DNA of 64,000 nucleotides from positions 1-64,000 of IMG/VR virus record IMGVR_UViG_3300045971_000528, one strand, 5' to 3'. The notes beneath the pieces were generated by a model. The model saw only the letters and a list, made by a program, of their open reading frames with translations. It made no database searches and was not told where the DNA came from. This document shows positions 24,322 to 34,302 of the stretch, piece after piece. The DNA is from a virus. Position 1 is the stretch's first letter; each line of letters opens with the position of its first letter. The translations under genes and the position numbers were made by a program.

Positions 24322-24861
24322 TTACAGGATGCCGAGCTTCTTGAAGGATGCCTTGGCGAATGCCACACTTGCAGAGTCAAGGGTAGATTTGCCGTTTTGT
24401 CGGCCCTCAGCAATCTCGATCTGTGTCCAGATAAAGTCGAGCACGAAGAGAATCTTGTGGAGATTCTCCATGATGACAGTGGCGTCTGCGACATTGGATT
24501 GGACTGCCTGTAGGGCGGCGAGGGTGCGAGAGATCTTCTCATCCTCGAACCAAAGACCTGAGTCCTCAAGTTGCCCGTTGCGGGTTGGATATGGCAGCAG
24601 GGATTTGCGCGTGAGTTGCAGCTCGCCTGCAAGTAGCTGAACGATTTGGAGAACGTGTTGTCCATCGGCGCCTTGCACTACCTTCCGCATGATGTGCACG
24701 GCTTCTTTCAGGGCTTCGACGTGACCACCTGGGCGAAGCTTCAACGACAGGAAATAACCTTCAGCATTGATCTCCTTCATCAGGAGCTGTAGCAAGCGCA
24801 CGCCTTCTGCTGGAGATTCCGCCTCTTTCGGTGCTTCGCTGATGAAGTCTTTGAATCTCAT
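24322..24861 (-). CDS. CTS-like protein, LKKLG family
   Basis: MRFKDFISE-A start; ends AKASFKKLGIL. Confidence 0.75.
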   Translation of the reverse strand: MRFKDFISEAPKEAESPAEGVRLLQLLMKEINAEGYFLSLKLRPGGHVEALKEAVHIMRKVVQGADGQHVLQIVQLLAGELQLTRKSLLPYPTRNGQLEDSGLWFEDEKISRTLAALQAVQSNVADATVIMENLHKILFVLDFIWTQIEIAEGRQNGKSTLDSASVAFAKASFKKLGIL

Positions 24862-25520
24862 CGCAGCCCCAACTTCTTCAGTGCAGCATTGATGAACTTG
24901 TAGCAGGCATTGCTTGGCTCGACGTAGTCAAGCTCAGCCAGAAAGTCGACAATTCGATTGACACCAGAGGAGTAGGCCTCGAGCGATTCAGCCTGCTCCC
25001 ACAGCAACTTGGCAGACTTGAAAGCTTCCATCACATGCGGAGCGAAGACGTATCCGGCATTCTCAACAGCGACAGCATGTTCCGACATGCGCTTGAGATT
25101 GCCGTCATGCGTGAGCATCGTAACGCCTTGTAGACCAGCAAGCATGCGACCTGCAACCTTTGCATCCTGCTTCCCGATTCTGGCAATCCTGAGTGCCTCG
25201 ACGACTGCAGCCAGCTTGTTGAAGGCCTGCTCCTTACCGAACTTGTGCTCGAAGCGCAGACCGAACTTCAGGTCCTTGGACTCCTTGGTCATCTGGTCGA
25301 GGTTCATCAGCAGCTCGAGCACGGCTGCTGGGGAGAGCTCTTCTTCATTGACGCGTGACGTCAGGCCTGTCGATTGGGTCTGGCCAATGCTGATGCCAAC
25401 GGTGTCTAGGGTGAGGCGTGGTTGTTTACCAGCAGCAACAGTGCTCTTGTGTACCTGATGTGACAGCTTTGCAGTGGCCGTCTTACTGGCCTGTGTTGCG
25501 CCGAGATCAGTCAGCTTCAT
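24858..25520 (-). CDS. CTS-like protein, LKKLG family
   Basis: MKLTDL start; ends NAALKKLGLR. Confidence 0.75.
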   Translation of the reverse strand: MKLTDLGATQASKTATAKLSHQVHKSTVAAGKQPRLTLDTVGISIGQTQSTGLTSRVNEEELSPAAVLELLMNLDQMTKESKDLKFGLRFEHKFGKEQAFNKLAAVVEALRIARIGKQDAKVAGRMLAGLQGVTMLTHDGNLKRMSEHAVAVENAGYVFAPHVMEAFKSAKLLWEQAESLEAYSSGVNRIVDFLAELDYVEPSNACYKFINAALKKLGLR

Positions 25521-26022
25521 TGTAGTATCCGATCTTCTTCAGGACAGCCCGGGAGATAGACTTGCGGTAGGTGTCTGTGGCGTTACGAGCTACAACATCG
25601 AGTTCGTGGATGGCGCCAATGAACATCTGCAGTTCAGTGACGTAGGCCAACAAGCCTTCGGTGTTGGCCAGTTGCCCAGCTGCGCGACGATAGATTTCGA
25701 GGTTATCGGTTGGCAAGAAGTGCCAGTCCGCAAGCTTCGTCAGGCCCGAATAGAGTTGACCACATGCATCTGACTTCACGAGCTTCGACAGGGCCTGGTT
25801 CACCTGTGACAGCGGGTATGCAGCAGCGGTTTTCGCTTGGGTAGTCCGACCATCGGGCGGCTCGTTCATCATCTTGATTGCGAGATCGACCAGTTCATCT
25901 TGGTCATTGATTGCCTTGGGCAGCTTCGTGTTCGAGTCGAGTTCAATTAGGGCGCCAGCAATCAAGCCCGCCTTGCCATTGTGCTTGAGCTTCCTCACTT
26001 CATGGAGCTGCTGTAGCTTCAA
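25507..26022 (-). CDS. CTS-like protein, LKKLG family
   Basis: TTG start overlapping the upstream TGA, (M)KLQQLHE; ends RAVLKKIGYY. Confidence 0.7.
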   Translation of the reverse strand: MKLQQLHEVRKLKHNGKAGLIAGALIELDSNTKLPKAINDQDELVDLAIKMMNEPPDGRTTQAKTAAAYPLSQVNQALSKLVKSDACGQLYSGLTKLADWHFLPTDNLEIYRRAAGQLANTEGLLAYVTELQMFIGAIHELDVVARNATDTYRKSISRAVLKKIGYYNEAD

Positions 26023-26600
26023 GAAGATCTCCAAGGATTGTTGCCAGCGAACCACTCATGTTCGTAGTGCTCGCCATGAGCGCCCATCTTGGCATCGTGG
26101 AGTCGATCACGAGCCATGTCGTCCCACATGTCTGCGAGATAGTCGTACATGCCGTAGTTCTTCTTGCCTCGACCACGGCCCATGACGTTCTTCTTGACAG
26201 CGAGATTGATCTCATCCATCGTGACGTCATGCTTGTCCATGTAGTCGTGCAAGCTGTCGATCGGGTCGCCGTCAGGGAAGGAGTTGCCGATGGCATTCTC
26301 GACCTCATCCCAAATCTCTGCGAGAGATGGGTGACTGAGCTTCTTCAGGCGGGCAGCATCGCGTTCAGCACGACGATCTTCACGTTCCCACTGTGCGCGC
26401 AGCTTTTCGTCTGACGACTTTTCAGAGCGCTCTGCGCGGGTAGATGGGATGTCGCGGCTGTTGATCCAGTTCTTCACTTCGGTCGGGTGTTCCCAAAAGC
26501 CGTCGATCTTGCGGAACTTCTTTGGGTAGCCCGACATGTTGTGGACAGTCCACGTTTCAACGCCTTGCATTTCCTTGAGGTATTCACTCAGTCGCATCAT
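26019..26600 (-). CDS. CTS-like hypothetical protein
   Basis: MMRLSEYLKE start. Confidence 0.75.
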   Translation of the reverse strand: MMRLSEYLKEMQGVETWTVHNMSGYPKKFRKIDGFWEHPTEVKNWINSRDIPSTRAERSEKSSDEKLRAQWEREDRRAERDAARLKKLSHPSLAEIWDEVENAIGNSFPDGDPIDSLHDYMDKHDVTMDEINLAVKKNVMGRGRGKKNYGMYDYLADMWDDMARDRLHDAKMGAHGEHYEHEWFAGNNPWRSS

Positions 26601-26976
26601 ATCCATCCACGTTTATCGAATCTGCTCGGTAGGTAGACCAGTTCTCGTCTTTGTTGCGCTGGTCTGGTCCATAGGCCCTGTGCTGTTTCGCGATTGCAAT
26701 GCCTGCACCACGAACAGCATCAGCCATTGTCTTCCGATATTGGGCAGCATAGAGCGTGCCATCAGACCGCATCACCACGGCAGCGAACATATTGTTGTCT
26801 TCGCCGTCATGGTCATCATGCACGTTGCAGTGACCGACATAGACTGGACGACCAGCGCCATCTTCACCCACCTTGCGTACCACGAACGTGTACATCAGCT
26901 TGTCCAGCTTTGGCTGATTCTTGAACGTCACATGGAAGATGTGGTTGCGGGTCTCGAAGAGGGTCTGCAGCTTCAT
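26584..26976 (-). CDS. CTS-like hypothetical protein
   Basis: MKLQTLFE start. Confidence 0.75.
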   Translation of the reverse strand: MKLQTLFETRNHIFHVTFKNQPKLDKLMYTFVVRKVGEDGAGRPVYVGHCNVHDDHDGEDNNMFAAVVMRSDGTLYAAQYRKTMADAVRGAGIAIAKQHRAYGPDQRNKDENWSTYRADSINVDGYDATE

Positions 26977-27497
26977 TAGTCGCCGATCCTTCTAGCTGTG
27001 ATGCCAAGCTTCTTCAAGCCAGCACGGCAGATGGTAGCGCGATACTTTGCATCGCCCTCGTCTTGATTCTGGCGAGGGTCTGACCCAACTGCAATGTTGT
27101 TGAAGGCGCTAAGCAGCTGATAGATCTTCTTCATGTTCTTGACGCTCTCAATCATGTGAGCATGACTGGCTTTCATCAACTGCATTGCCTCTTTCATCTC
27201 CTTAACGCCTTCCAGCTCTTCGAAACTGGTGCCCTCAAAAGCCTCGAAGGCATCTTGAATGGCGTGCGTTTCTTGTTCTTTCCAGGTTTCGAGGGCGCTC
27301 AGCCGATCATAAAGGGAGATGGATCCCTCAGTGTCCATGTGCACATGAAATAGCTCGAGAGCAACCTTAACATCCTTGTTGATGTCATGCTCTTCCCAGA
27401 TCTGGTAGAGCGCTGGGTCCGAGTAGCCCAGTTCCTTAGCGAGTTCCCTCAGGAGGTTTCGCTGGTCAATGGTTTCAAAGAGTTGTTGAAGCTTCAT
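26976..27497 (-). CDS. CTS-like protein, LKKLG family
   Basis: MKLQQLFE start; RAGLKKLGI; TAAATA near 27519. Confidence 0.75.
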   Translation of the reverse strand: MKLQQLFETIDQRNLLRELAKELGYSDPALYQIWEEHDINKDVKVALELFHVHMDTEGSISLYDRLSALETWKEQETHAIQDAFEAFEGTSFEELEGVKEMKEAMQLMKASHAHMIESVKNMKKIYQLLSAFNNIAVGSDPRQNQDEGDAKYRATICRAGLKKLGITARRIGD

Positions 27498-27535
27498 AGC
27501 TGCACGTAGTTGTACAGCTATTTATGGCCTGGCCG

Positions 27536-28066
27536 TCAGACCAAGATGATACCGAGCGGCAGATCCAACTTCTTCATGGTGGCCTTGGCTACAGATCGAT
27601 CAAAGCTGTCTATGTGGGGCAGAGTGATCTGCTCATGACCCATGGCAATGTCATTCAACCGACGCATGACGGACACCAGACGCGTCACGTTCTGCGTAAA
27701 TGGAATGACTGGCTTGCGGTACATCCGGAACTCGGCTAGATCATCAGATTCGGTGGACAGATCCAGCATGTGGACCGGAGATACATCACAGAAGCCAGTC
27801 TTGCGTAGATTTCTCAGGCAAGAGCGGGTTCCTGGGATCGATCGTGTGGTAACTAGATTGCGCAGGGAGCTAAGCTCGTCCTCGAAGTTGATCTGCCGAA
27901 CAGCGAAGCGGTGCAGCGTTGCGGCCATTGCGTAGCAGTCTTCAAGATCTGCACCCTTGACCATGACAAAGTTCCCGAAGCCCGAACCTTCTGGATGCAT
28001 CTGAATCCAAGCGGACCGAAGCAGATCGATCTCAGGACAGGAGGTTGCTACCTCATTGAGCTTCAT
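27536..28066 (-). CDS. CTS-like protein, LKKLG family
   Basis: MKLNEV start; AKATMKKLDL. Confidence 0.7.
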   Translation of the reverse strand: MKLNEVATSCPEIDLLRSAWIQMHPEGSGFGNFVMVKGADLEDCYAMAATLHRFAVRQINFEDELSSLRNLVTTRSIPGTRSCLRNLRKTGFCDVSPVHMLDLSTESDDLAEFRMYRKPVIPFTQNVTRLVSVMRRLNDIAMGHEQITLPHIDSFDRSVAKATMKKLDLPLGIILV

Positions 28067-28584
28067 ACTGGGATCCCCAGGGCCTTGAGTGCAGCCTTGG
28101 CGATGGTCTGCTCGTACTTGTCATGGACACCATGCTTGTTTTCGGCGTACTTTACGAGTGACATGATGTAGTCGAGGGCGTGCCGCAAGCCGATGGCGAT
28201 ACGCTGAATCTCAGGGCGTGGATACTTGCCAAGAATCTCGTCTTCCTTGTACATCTTGGCAACCAACGGCCAGTACTGGAAGCGATAGACTTCCACATCA
28301 TCACGTTGACGGCTCTGCCACCATGAAGAGGGCCGAATCTTGGTAGGTTTGTGGATCCGTGAACTACCAGCCAGTCGAATCAAGCCACATTGGTAGGACG
28401 TTGCCATGCCAGCGCCGAGAGCTGAGTTGTTGTTCTTGTACTTCTCGACAACCTCGACGGCGTACTCCATGATGGCTTTGGAGTGCTTACCCAATGCCGG
28501 CATGGGAATATCGTAGCCGCACTCCTCAACCGCTTGTCGGACGAACTTCTCTAGATCGGGAATGACGATGTCTTCAAGGAGCAT
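28063..28584 (-). CDS. CTS-like protein, LKKLG family
   Basis: MLLEDI start; AKAALKALGI; ATG 4 nt after TAAATA. Confidence 0.7.
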   Translation of the reverse strand: MLLEDIVIPDLEKFVRQAVEECGYDIPMPALGKHSKAIMEYAVEVVEKYKNNNSALGAGMATSYQCGLIRLAGSSRIHKPTKIRPSSWWQSRQRDDVEVYRFQYWPLVAKMYKEDEILGKYPRPEIQRIAIGLRHALDYIMSLVKYAENKHGVHDKYEQTIAKAALKALGIPV

Positions 28585-28591
28585 CAGCTAT

Positions 28592-28846
28592 TTACAGCGG
28601 ACGTAGCCCTTTGCTCTCGAGATACCGGGTCAATTCGAAGATGTCCCGCATCCGAGTGCCGTCTTCGGCAGTCAGACAGCAACTACCAGACGGGTTGAAC
28701 CTGCCCTTGGTGTGCAACGCCATCTCCTTGACACCAACGACGGAGTCCGGCTCCTTGAAGCCGAGGTAATGGAGGGTGAGCAACATGGCCTGAACTTCAG
28801 GCGCTTGCCACAGGGTGGCGTGCGTGAGATAGAGGGAGAATTTCAT
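28592..28846 (-). CDS. Hypothetical protein
   Basis: Start overlaps the upstream stop. Confidence 0.55.
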   Translation of the reverse strand: MKFSLYLTHATLWQAPEVQAMLLTLHYLGFKEPDSVVGVKEMALHTKGRFNPSGSCCLTAEDGTRMRDIFELTRYLESKGLRPL

Positions 28847-29058
28847 CAGTCGAGCAGTTTCTGGGTTGGGCGGCACTTCAGGCCATGCCTTGTGGCGAGG
28901 TTGTCCATGTGCTGCTCTGCTTCTTCTCGCGTTTCAAAACGTGCCATTGAAGCGATGTCCCATTCATCGTACTCCCAAGTGTAGACCTGAGCGACACTGA
29001 GTTGGGACCGATCACCACGTGGGTAGATGACCATGTAGGCGAGATCAGTTGACATCAT
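28846..29058 (-). CDS. Hypothetical protein
   Basis: MMSTDLAY..; 4-nt overlap with the upstream gene. Confidence 0.55.
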   Translation of the reverse strand: MMSTDLAYMVIYPRGDRSQLSVAQVYTWEYDEWDIASMARFETREEAEQHMDNLATRHGLKCRPTQKLLD

Positions 29059-29240
29059 CGACTGCCAAAGATTGCCGCGAGCGCGGCAAGGGCAAGGAAA
29101 AAAGCGACGATGGCCATGCGCACCAACCAAGCACCGCCAATCCAGACGCCAACGAACAGGGCCGCGTTCAGCCAGAACCCGATGAACGGGCTCAGGCATG
29201 TGAACACGATGGCGACAATGAGCATTGCAAGACTGATCAT
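29055..29240 (-). CDS. Small hydrophobic membrane protein
   Basis: 61 aa, almost entirely hydrophobic; ATGA overlap with the ligase gene. Confidence 0.6.
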   Translation of the reverse strand: MISLAMLIVAIVFTCLSPFIGFWLNAALFVGVWIGGAWLVRMAIVAFFLALAALAAIFGSR

Positions 29241-30334
29241 GGCTTCTTCATCTCGTTGGGTTTGAATTGCGCTCCAGCCCGCCAGTGTTTCTGTGTCTGG
29301 ACATGCCCTTTGCGGACGTACTTGGCGACCGAAGTCTTGAACTCGGAGTACTTGAAGGAGCTAGCCAGTCGGACCACGTAGCCCTCACGCCGCTCCCATA
29401 GTTTGTCGCAGAATGCAGAGGCATATGCAAGTGCTTCCTCGTTGAAGGGGCCGCGATACAACACCTCCACCGGCGTGACACCAAGCAGTTCGAAGTACTC
29501 GAGGGTCTCGTCCCAAGAGAGGCAGACATTTCGCTCGTTCCACAGGCTGAAGCCGAGGAAGTACGACTCAAGGTCGTAGTACGTGATCGAGTGCTGCGCC
29601 CAGAGGTTCTCACCACAGATGCGCCAGCCTTCAGGCAGATTGAAGCAGACGTTGTTGATCAGGAACTGTTTGACCCACGCACGATCTTCACCACCACGAG
29701 AGTCGATCGACCGAGCGTGTACGTGACCATCGCTGTAGCCTGACGTGTTCTCGCCGTCCATCTTCACGCTGATGATGACCTCCTTGCCGGTGCCGTCATC
29801 GTGGTAGAACTGCGAGCAGTCCTTCAGCGCCTTGTCGTCGTCATGAATGCCGGGCGAGAAGGGCAAGTGAAAGGTCCGACCGTACTTGACGTAGGCGGTG
29901 TAGAGGTCGAGCTTGCCGCCCTTACCAAGGACCTTCTGAACCGACTCGTCGAAGAACAGTTCACCTTTGGTACGACGACCATCTTCGAGGATGTAGTCGC
30001 CCCACTTGGTGATGGGCTGCTCCGGATAGAATTGGTCGGGAACCACAATGTGAGTGATGCCGGCAACTTCACGTGCTTCTTCAACCGAGATCTCGGTAGT
30101 CTCGCACAGCATGTGGTGGTCCTCACAGACCGTAACACCGTTGTCGAGGTAGTAGCCTCCATTGGACCAAAGCCGTCGTTCGATCAAGTGATGGGCGTCA
30201 AGCTTTGGAGACTCGTCAGGGCTGATCTCGTAGAACCCCATGCCATGGCGGTTGGCGCAGAACACGCAACGGTACCCGTCACGTTTGAAGACGCCTTCAC
30301 GGAAATCATCGCGGCTGAGGAGTTTTGGTTCCAT
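29237..30334 (-). CDS. HNH domain fused to an ATP-dependent RNA ligase domain
   Basis: N-terminal RDGYRCVFC..LDAHH..NGVTVCEDHH; ligase KY.RT.HLP.SPG, motif I KMDGEN, GEN, EGYVVR, AKYVR. Confidence 0.9.
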   Translation of the reverse strand: MEPKLLSRDDFREGVFKRDGYRCVFCANRHGMGFYEISPDESPKLDAHHLIERRLWSNGGYYLDNGVTVCEDHHMLCETTEISVEEAREVAGITHIVVPDQFYPEQPITKWGDYILEDGRRTKGELFFDESVQKVLGKGGKLDLYTAYVKYGRTFHLPFSPGIHDDDKALKDCSQFYHDDGTGKEVIISVKMDGENTSGYSDGHVHARSIDSRGGEDRAWVKQFLINNVCFNLPEGWRICGENLWAQHSITYYDLESYFLGFSLWNERNVCLSWDETLEYFELLGVTPVEVLYRGPFNEEALAYASAFCDKLWERREGYVVRLASSFKYSEFKTSVAKYVRKGHVQTQKHWRAGAQFKPNEMKKP

Positions 30335-30370
30335 GGTGCATTATACACCAATGGCCAGATCAGAGCAACC

Positions 30371-30967
30371 TCAATAGCGCTGAATTTGTTCGATCTTCAG
30401 TTGAGACCGGGACAGGACGTCCTTGATGGCTTCGAACCGCTTCTTGCGTTCGGCATCTTCAGCTTGATCTGCTGCGCTCTTAGGGGGCAGAGTGATCTTC
30501 ACTGGGACCTGTACCGTCTGAGCAATTGGGGCACCCACTGGAGCAGAAGCAGCCAGGTGTGGCACCTCGCGAGTGTGAACTGGTTCGGGGCCCATGCACT
30601 TGAATCCGGCTGCAGTCAACCGCTCGCATTCAGCTTCAGACACGGCGGGGGCTGGTGCTGCCACAGCAAGGCGGATTGGTGCAGGCTGCTGCACTGGAAC
30701 CATGACCGTAGTGGTCTGGGGCGGCTGCAGACGGGCTTCGCCTTGCACCATGAGAGTGAGCAGGGTTTGCTGGACACCAGCAAGCTTGCTAACTTCGATC
30801 GTGAGGTCTTGGACCTGCTTCGCAGACTTCGCAGAGACTTCATCGAGCTCGCCAGTTTTGGCGTATCGCTCATCGATCTTGAAGATCAACGGGACTGTTG
30901 TGACGAGAGACGCAATGACGGCAGCGACGGTGGCAGGAACACCGATCTTCTTCAACAACTCCAGCAT
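30371..30967 (-). CDS. Membrane-anchored coiled-coil/Pro-rich protein
   Basis: N-terminal TM MLELLKKIGVPATV.., coiled coil. Confidence 0.7.
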   Translation of the reverse strand: MLELLKKIGVPATVAAVIASLVTTVPLIFKIDERYAKTGELDEVSAKSAKQVQDLTIEVSKLAGVQQTLLTLMVQGEARLQPPQTTTVMVPVQQPAPIRLAVAAPAPAVSEAECERLTAAGFKCMGPEPVHTREVPHLAASAPVGAPIAQTVQVPVKITLPPKSAADQAEDAERKKRFEAIKDVLSRSQLKIEQIQRY

Positions 30968-31128
30968 TACTTCTTCTCCAGCGAAGCGACTTTGGCTTCG
31001 AGCACTTCGATGCGTGCATTCTGCTCGCGTGTGTACTTGTACTGGTAGTAGACTGGCACGAACGTGATAGCAAGCACCACTAAGGTGGCGATGCCGGCAG
31101 GGAAGCCATGCTTCCTAAGAATTTCCAT
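30967..31128 (-). CDS. Small TM + coiled-coil protein (53 aa)
   Basis: MEILRKHGFPAGIATLVVLAITFVP.. parallels the N-terminus of 30371. Confidence 0.6.
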   Translation of the reverse strand: MEILRKHGFPAGIATLVVLAITFVPVYYQYKYTREQNARIEVLEAKVASLEKK

Positions 31129-31433
31129 CATGGCATTTCTCCGGGTTTCACATCAGTGCGTAGTTTCTGTTGATCAAGCTCTTTGCGGGCGAGCGTGATC
31201 CGCTGTCTGTCTTCTGGCGTTATGTGAGGTAGGGTCTCAAGCGCAGACAGAACGAGCAGTTGTCGATTTGCAAGCTCATTGATTTCTGCAGCAAGACGAG
31301 CGTCCGTGTCTCGCATTTTGCCATGAACCGCTGTCAGTGAAGCTACCTGCCCAGCAAGCGGCACAAAAACCACTGCACAGATGACTGCAAGAATTATCAG
31401 GGCAGAGCGGTTTTCTTTGAGATATTTGAGCAT
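31128..31433 (-). CDS. TM + coiled-coil protein
   Basis: MLKYLKENRSALIILAVICAVVFVPL; AGGAG SD; TAAATA upstream. Confidence 0.7.
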   Translation of the reverse strand: MLKYLKENRSALIILAVICAVVFVPLAGQVASLTAVHGKMRDTDARLAAEINELANRQLLVLSALETLPHITPEDRQRITLARKELDQQKLRTDVKPGEMP

Positions 31434-31531
31434 AGCAGGTCTCCTACTTGGCCTATTTATGCTCAAACTGCCCAGAAGCTTATAGCTCTCAGGAGAGCTC
31501 TTGTATGTCACAAGAGCTCTCTGGTGAGCTA

Positions 31532-32494
31532 TTAGAGAACTACCAGCGATGTGCCGCACTCAGCACAGAACTTCGTGCCGAACTTGTTCTCGGTGCCGCA
31601 GGTTGGGCAGGTGACCTTGGTCTTCACGGTGACAGGTGCTTCCACAACCGTCTCGCCGATTTTGCCCATGATCTTCAGCACCATCACGTGCTTCTGGCCA
31701 TCAGTTGGGAACCATTGACCAACATTGAACTTCTGCTCGGAGATGGAACCTGGAACAGTGATGCCGGCAACAGCCTCAACCTTCGACTGGCCACCAGCGG
31801 CCTGTGGGAAGTAGAAGTCTTCCTGTACCGAGGTCGGGTCATACGAAGCATTCACTTGGTTCACGAATGCCTGTGTTGGGCCTGCGCTGGCTGCAGCGTT
31901 GAGGGTCATGCCTTCGCCTGAGGTAGCAGTGAATGATGTCGCGGGCGCTGCACTGGCATTCTGTGCGAAGGTCGTAGAGGACTGCACAGCATTCTGCAGG
32001 TTGCCCATGGAAGCGCCACGTAGGACGCCAGTGGAGCACCACACTTCAGGCCAACGCGGGTACGTGCGGTGCCAGTAGTCTTCAACGTAGGTGCGCTTGA
32101 CGATCTCTTCCCTGATCGTGTTCACGATCTTGGCAGGCTCACGTTCAAATTCGAACTCGACACGGATCAAACCGTCTTCGGCTTGGATACCACGTGGGCC
32201 ATCCTCAATCTTCTGGGTCCGTTCGATGAACTTGAACTTGTGTCCCTTGTCCATCTGACCGGCAATCAGGAAACGCTCGAGGTCTACAGTGCCATTGGCG
32301 GGGACGATCAGGCTGGTGCCCTTGGTCGCATCGACGCCATCTACGGAGACCCGTACGAGTGCGCGAACTGAGTTGAGGTTCTTGAAGTGGAGGGTGTATT
32401 CAGCGCCGAACGGCATGAACACGGTGTCGCCAGACTCGCGTAGAACGCGGCCATTATGCTTGACGGCGACGACAAGCTTTTCTTGATACATCAC
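31532..32494 (-). CDS. Hypothetical protein with C-terminal zinc ribbon
   Basis: CPTCG...KFCAECG at the C-terminus. Confidence 0.8.
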   Translation of the reverse strand: MMYQEKLVVAVKHNGRVLRESGDTVFMPFGAEYTLHFKNLNSVRALVRVSVDGVDATKGTSLIVPANGTVDLERFLIAGQMDKGHKFKFIERTQKIEDGPRGIQAEDGLIRVEFEFEREPAKIVNTIREEIVKRTYVEDYWHRTYPRWPEVWCSTGVLRGASMGNLQNAVQSSTTFAQNASAAPATSFTATSGEGMTLNAAASAGPTQAFVNQVNASYDPTSVQEDFYFPQAAGGQSKVEAVAGITVPGSISEQKFNVGQWFPTDGQKHVMVLKIMGKIGETVVEAPVTVKTKVTCPTCGTENKFGTKFCAECGTSLVVL

Positions 32495-32602
32495 GTATCT
32501 TCCTTTCCCAACAACTTGAAACCGTCCACAGACTAAGGACGCGAAGAGTTAAAGTCTGTCGTGCTGGTAGAGCTATTTAATCACAAACCCCGAATTGCAC
32601 CG

Positions 32603-33055
32603 TCAGTCATTCAGGTTGCTGATGGCCCATAGGACGCGGATTTCCTTACCACTATCATTGACATCGGACAAGCGAAACAGCTTCTCTTCGATTTCGTCAA
32701 TGTCACATGATGGCCATGACAGGTTTGCACCAGTGTTCCGTGACACGTAGATGTGGCGGCCTTCGCCAGCATACTTCTGGAGTTCATGGACCAGATCCTT
32801 CAGGAAGAACTTAGCACGCTTCGCCAGCGGAATGCGCATCGAGTCTTCTTCCTTCTTCCAACCGCCCTTGGGTAGGAAGGTGCCACCGAACCAGGACATC
32901 TCGCGGCGAACACGCGGCAAGCCATCATGGGCGCCGTTGCCGCTCCCATCAATGGTGATCTCGTACTTGGCGGCTTGGCCACGATACCACCTGACATGAT
33001 CAAGTGCAAACGATTCACGTCCAGCCTGCCCAACAGATACTTCACTCAGCTTCAT
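32603..33055 (-). CDS. CTS-like protein, WxGG family
   Basis: MKLSEV start; SWFGGTFLPKGG. Confidence 0.75.
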   Translation of the reverse strand: MKLSEVSVGQAGRESFALDHVRWYRGQAAKYEITIDGSGNGAHDGLPRVRREMSWFGGTFLPKGGWKKEEDSMRIPLAKRAKFFLKDLVHELQKYAGEGRHIYVSRNTGANLSWPSCDIDEIEEKLFRLSDVNDSGKEIRVLWAISNLND

Positions 33056-33521
33056 TGGAGATCCACCAGCAGATACGAGGATAGTCGAAGCGATGATTGA
33101 CAAAAGGATCCTTGACCTTTGCCATCACGCGCATTTCGGTAAGAGTGTCTTCGCCTGGACGAACAGCGCGCATCGTGTTGGTGCTCCAGGTCGGCTGGTC
33201 ATTGATGTAGACCTTGTAACCATCGGCGATCTTTGCATCAATGACCTTGGCAACTTCCTTCAGCCAGAGCATGACACGCTTCTCGAAGGTAAGACAGATG
33301 CCTTCACGTCGCTTCTCTTCGTCTGCAACACCATTGTGGAATACCAAGGTGCCGCCAAACCAGCAGCCCTCGTGTTCACGGTGCGGGGTGCGACGACCGC
33401 TAAATGAACCATTCATGACACCCATGTCTAGAGTGCGGGCAAGCTTCTTGTACCAAGCTGCATGCTCGGAGCGGAACTCTCGAGCTTCAAATGGGATGTA
33501 GGAGACCTCGTCGAGTTTCAT
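33042..33521 (-). CDS. CTS-like protein, WxGG family
   Basis: MKLDEV start; CWFGGTLVF. Confidence 0.75.
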   Translation of the reverse strand: MKLDEVSYIPFEAREFRSEHAAWYKKLARTLDMGVMNGSFSGRRTPHREHEGCWFGGTLVFHNGVADEEKRREGICLTFEKRVMLWLKEVAKVIDAKIADGYKVYINDQPTWSTNTMRAVRPGEDTLTEMRVMAKVKDPFVNHRFDYPRICWWISNEAE

Positions 33522-33991
33522 TTCGGTTCCGAGATGGACCAGAGGACCTTGAGCTGCATTGGAATGACGAAGCGACCATCGCCGCGCGAGACGTCCTGGT
33601 ACACACAGTCACCGACAATGTCCTCCGCCTGGCGTGGAGTGTCATCATCCTTGATGTAGTGGGGGCTGGGATTCCAGCCACGTGGGTGACTGACAATCTT
33701 GACGTAGCGATCTGGGAACTGCTTCGCTTTCTTCAACAGGAAGGACGCAAGTTGCTTCTTGAAGCCAGTGAAGCGGCGTTCAGGAGACAAGCCGATGTCA
33801 TCAACACCAGTTCTGTCAACGTCTTTGATCTCGCCGCCAATCATCCATTGGTCAGGTGAGTGAAACTCCAGCTTGCGTGTCATCAGTTTGAAGCCAAACT
33901 TCTTGACGAAGTCAGCGAACTCCTGCTGCTCGGCCTGGGCCCAGTCTGGTGCCTGCTTTGGCTTGGCTTCGAATAGTTCGATCGTCTTCAT
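33518..33991 (-). CDS. CTS-like protein, WxGG family
   Basis: MKTIELFE-A start; WMIGGEI. Confidence 0.75.
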   Translation of the reverse strand: MKTIELFEAKPKQAPDWAQAEQQEFADFVKKFGFKLMTRKLEFHSPDQWMIGGEIKDVDRTGVDDIGLSPERRFTGFKKQLASFLLKKAKQFPDRYVKIVSHPRGWNPSPHYIKDDDTPRQAEDIVGDCVYQDVSRGDGRFVIPMQLKVLWSISEPK

Positions 33992-34302
33992 GTGTGGAAT
34001 TCTGAATTGCTGAGGGTGAACCACTCGGCTCCTGAATGCGACTTCTTCTGGCGTAGCTGAAGCTTCTCGAGGTTCTTGTCGTTGATCACGATCCAACGGT
34101 TGTCCTCCAGCTTGACGGAGGTTGCACCATTACCGCCTGGATTTTGAGGAGGATCCCATTCAATAAACTTGACAATGCCGCCATCGCCCTTGTAGTAGAA
34201 GCGAACTTCCGTGCCCTTCTTGAGAAGGTTGCGCATCACCGTCAAGACGAAGGGAGCTTCGTCTGGCAGGCGATCATCTTCGAAGAGTTCAAGGACCTTC
34301 AT
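33988..34302 (-). CDS. CTS-like protein, PLI-KG family
   Basis: MKVLELFED..PFVLTVMRNLLKKGTEV. Confidence 0.8.
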   Translation of the reverse strand: MKVLELFEDDRLPDEAPFVLTVMRNLLKKGTEVRFYYKGDGGIVKFIEWDPPQNPGGNGATSVKLEDNRWIVINDKNLEKLQLRQKKSHSGAEWFTLSNSEFHT

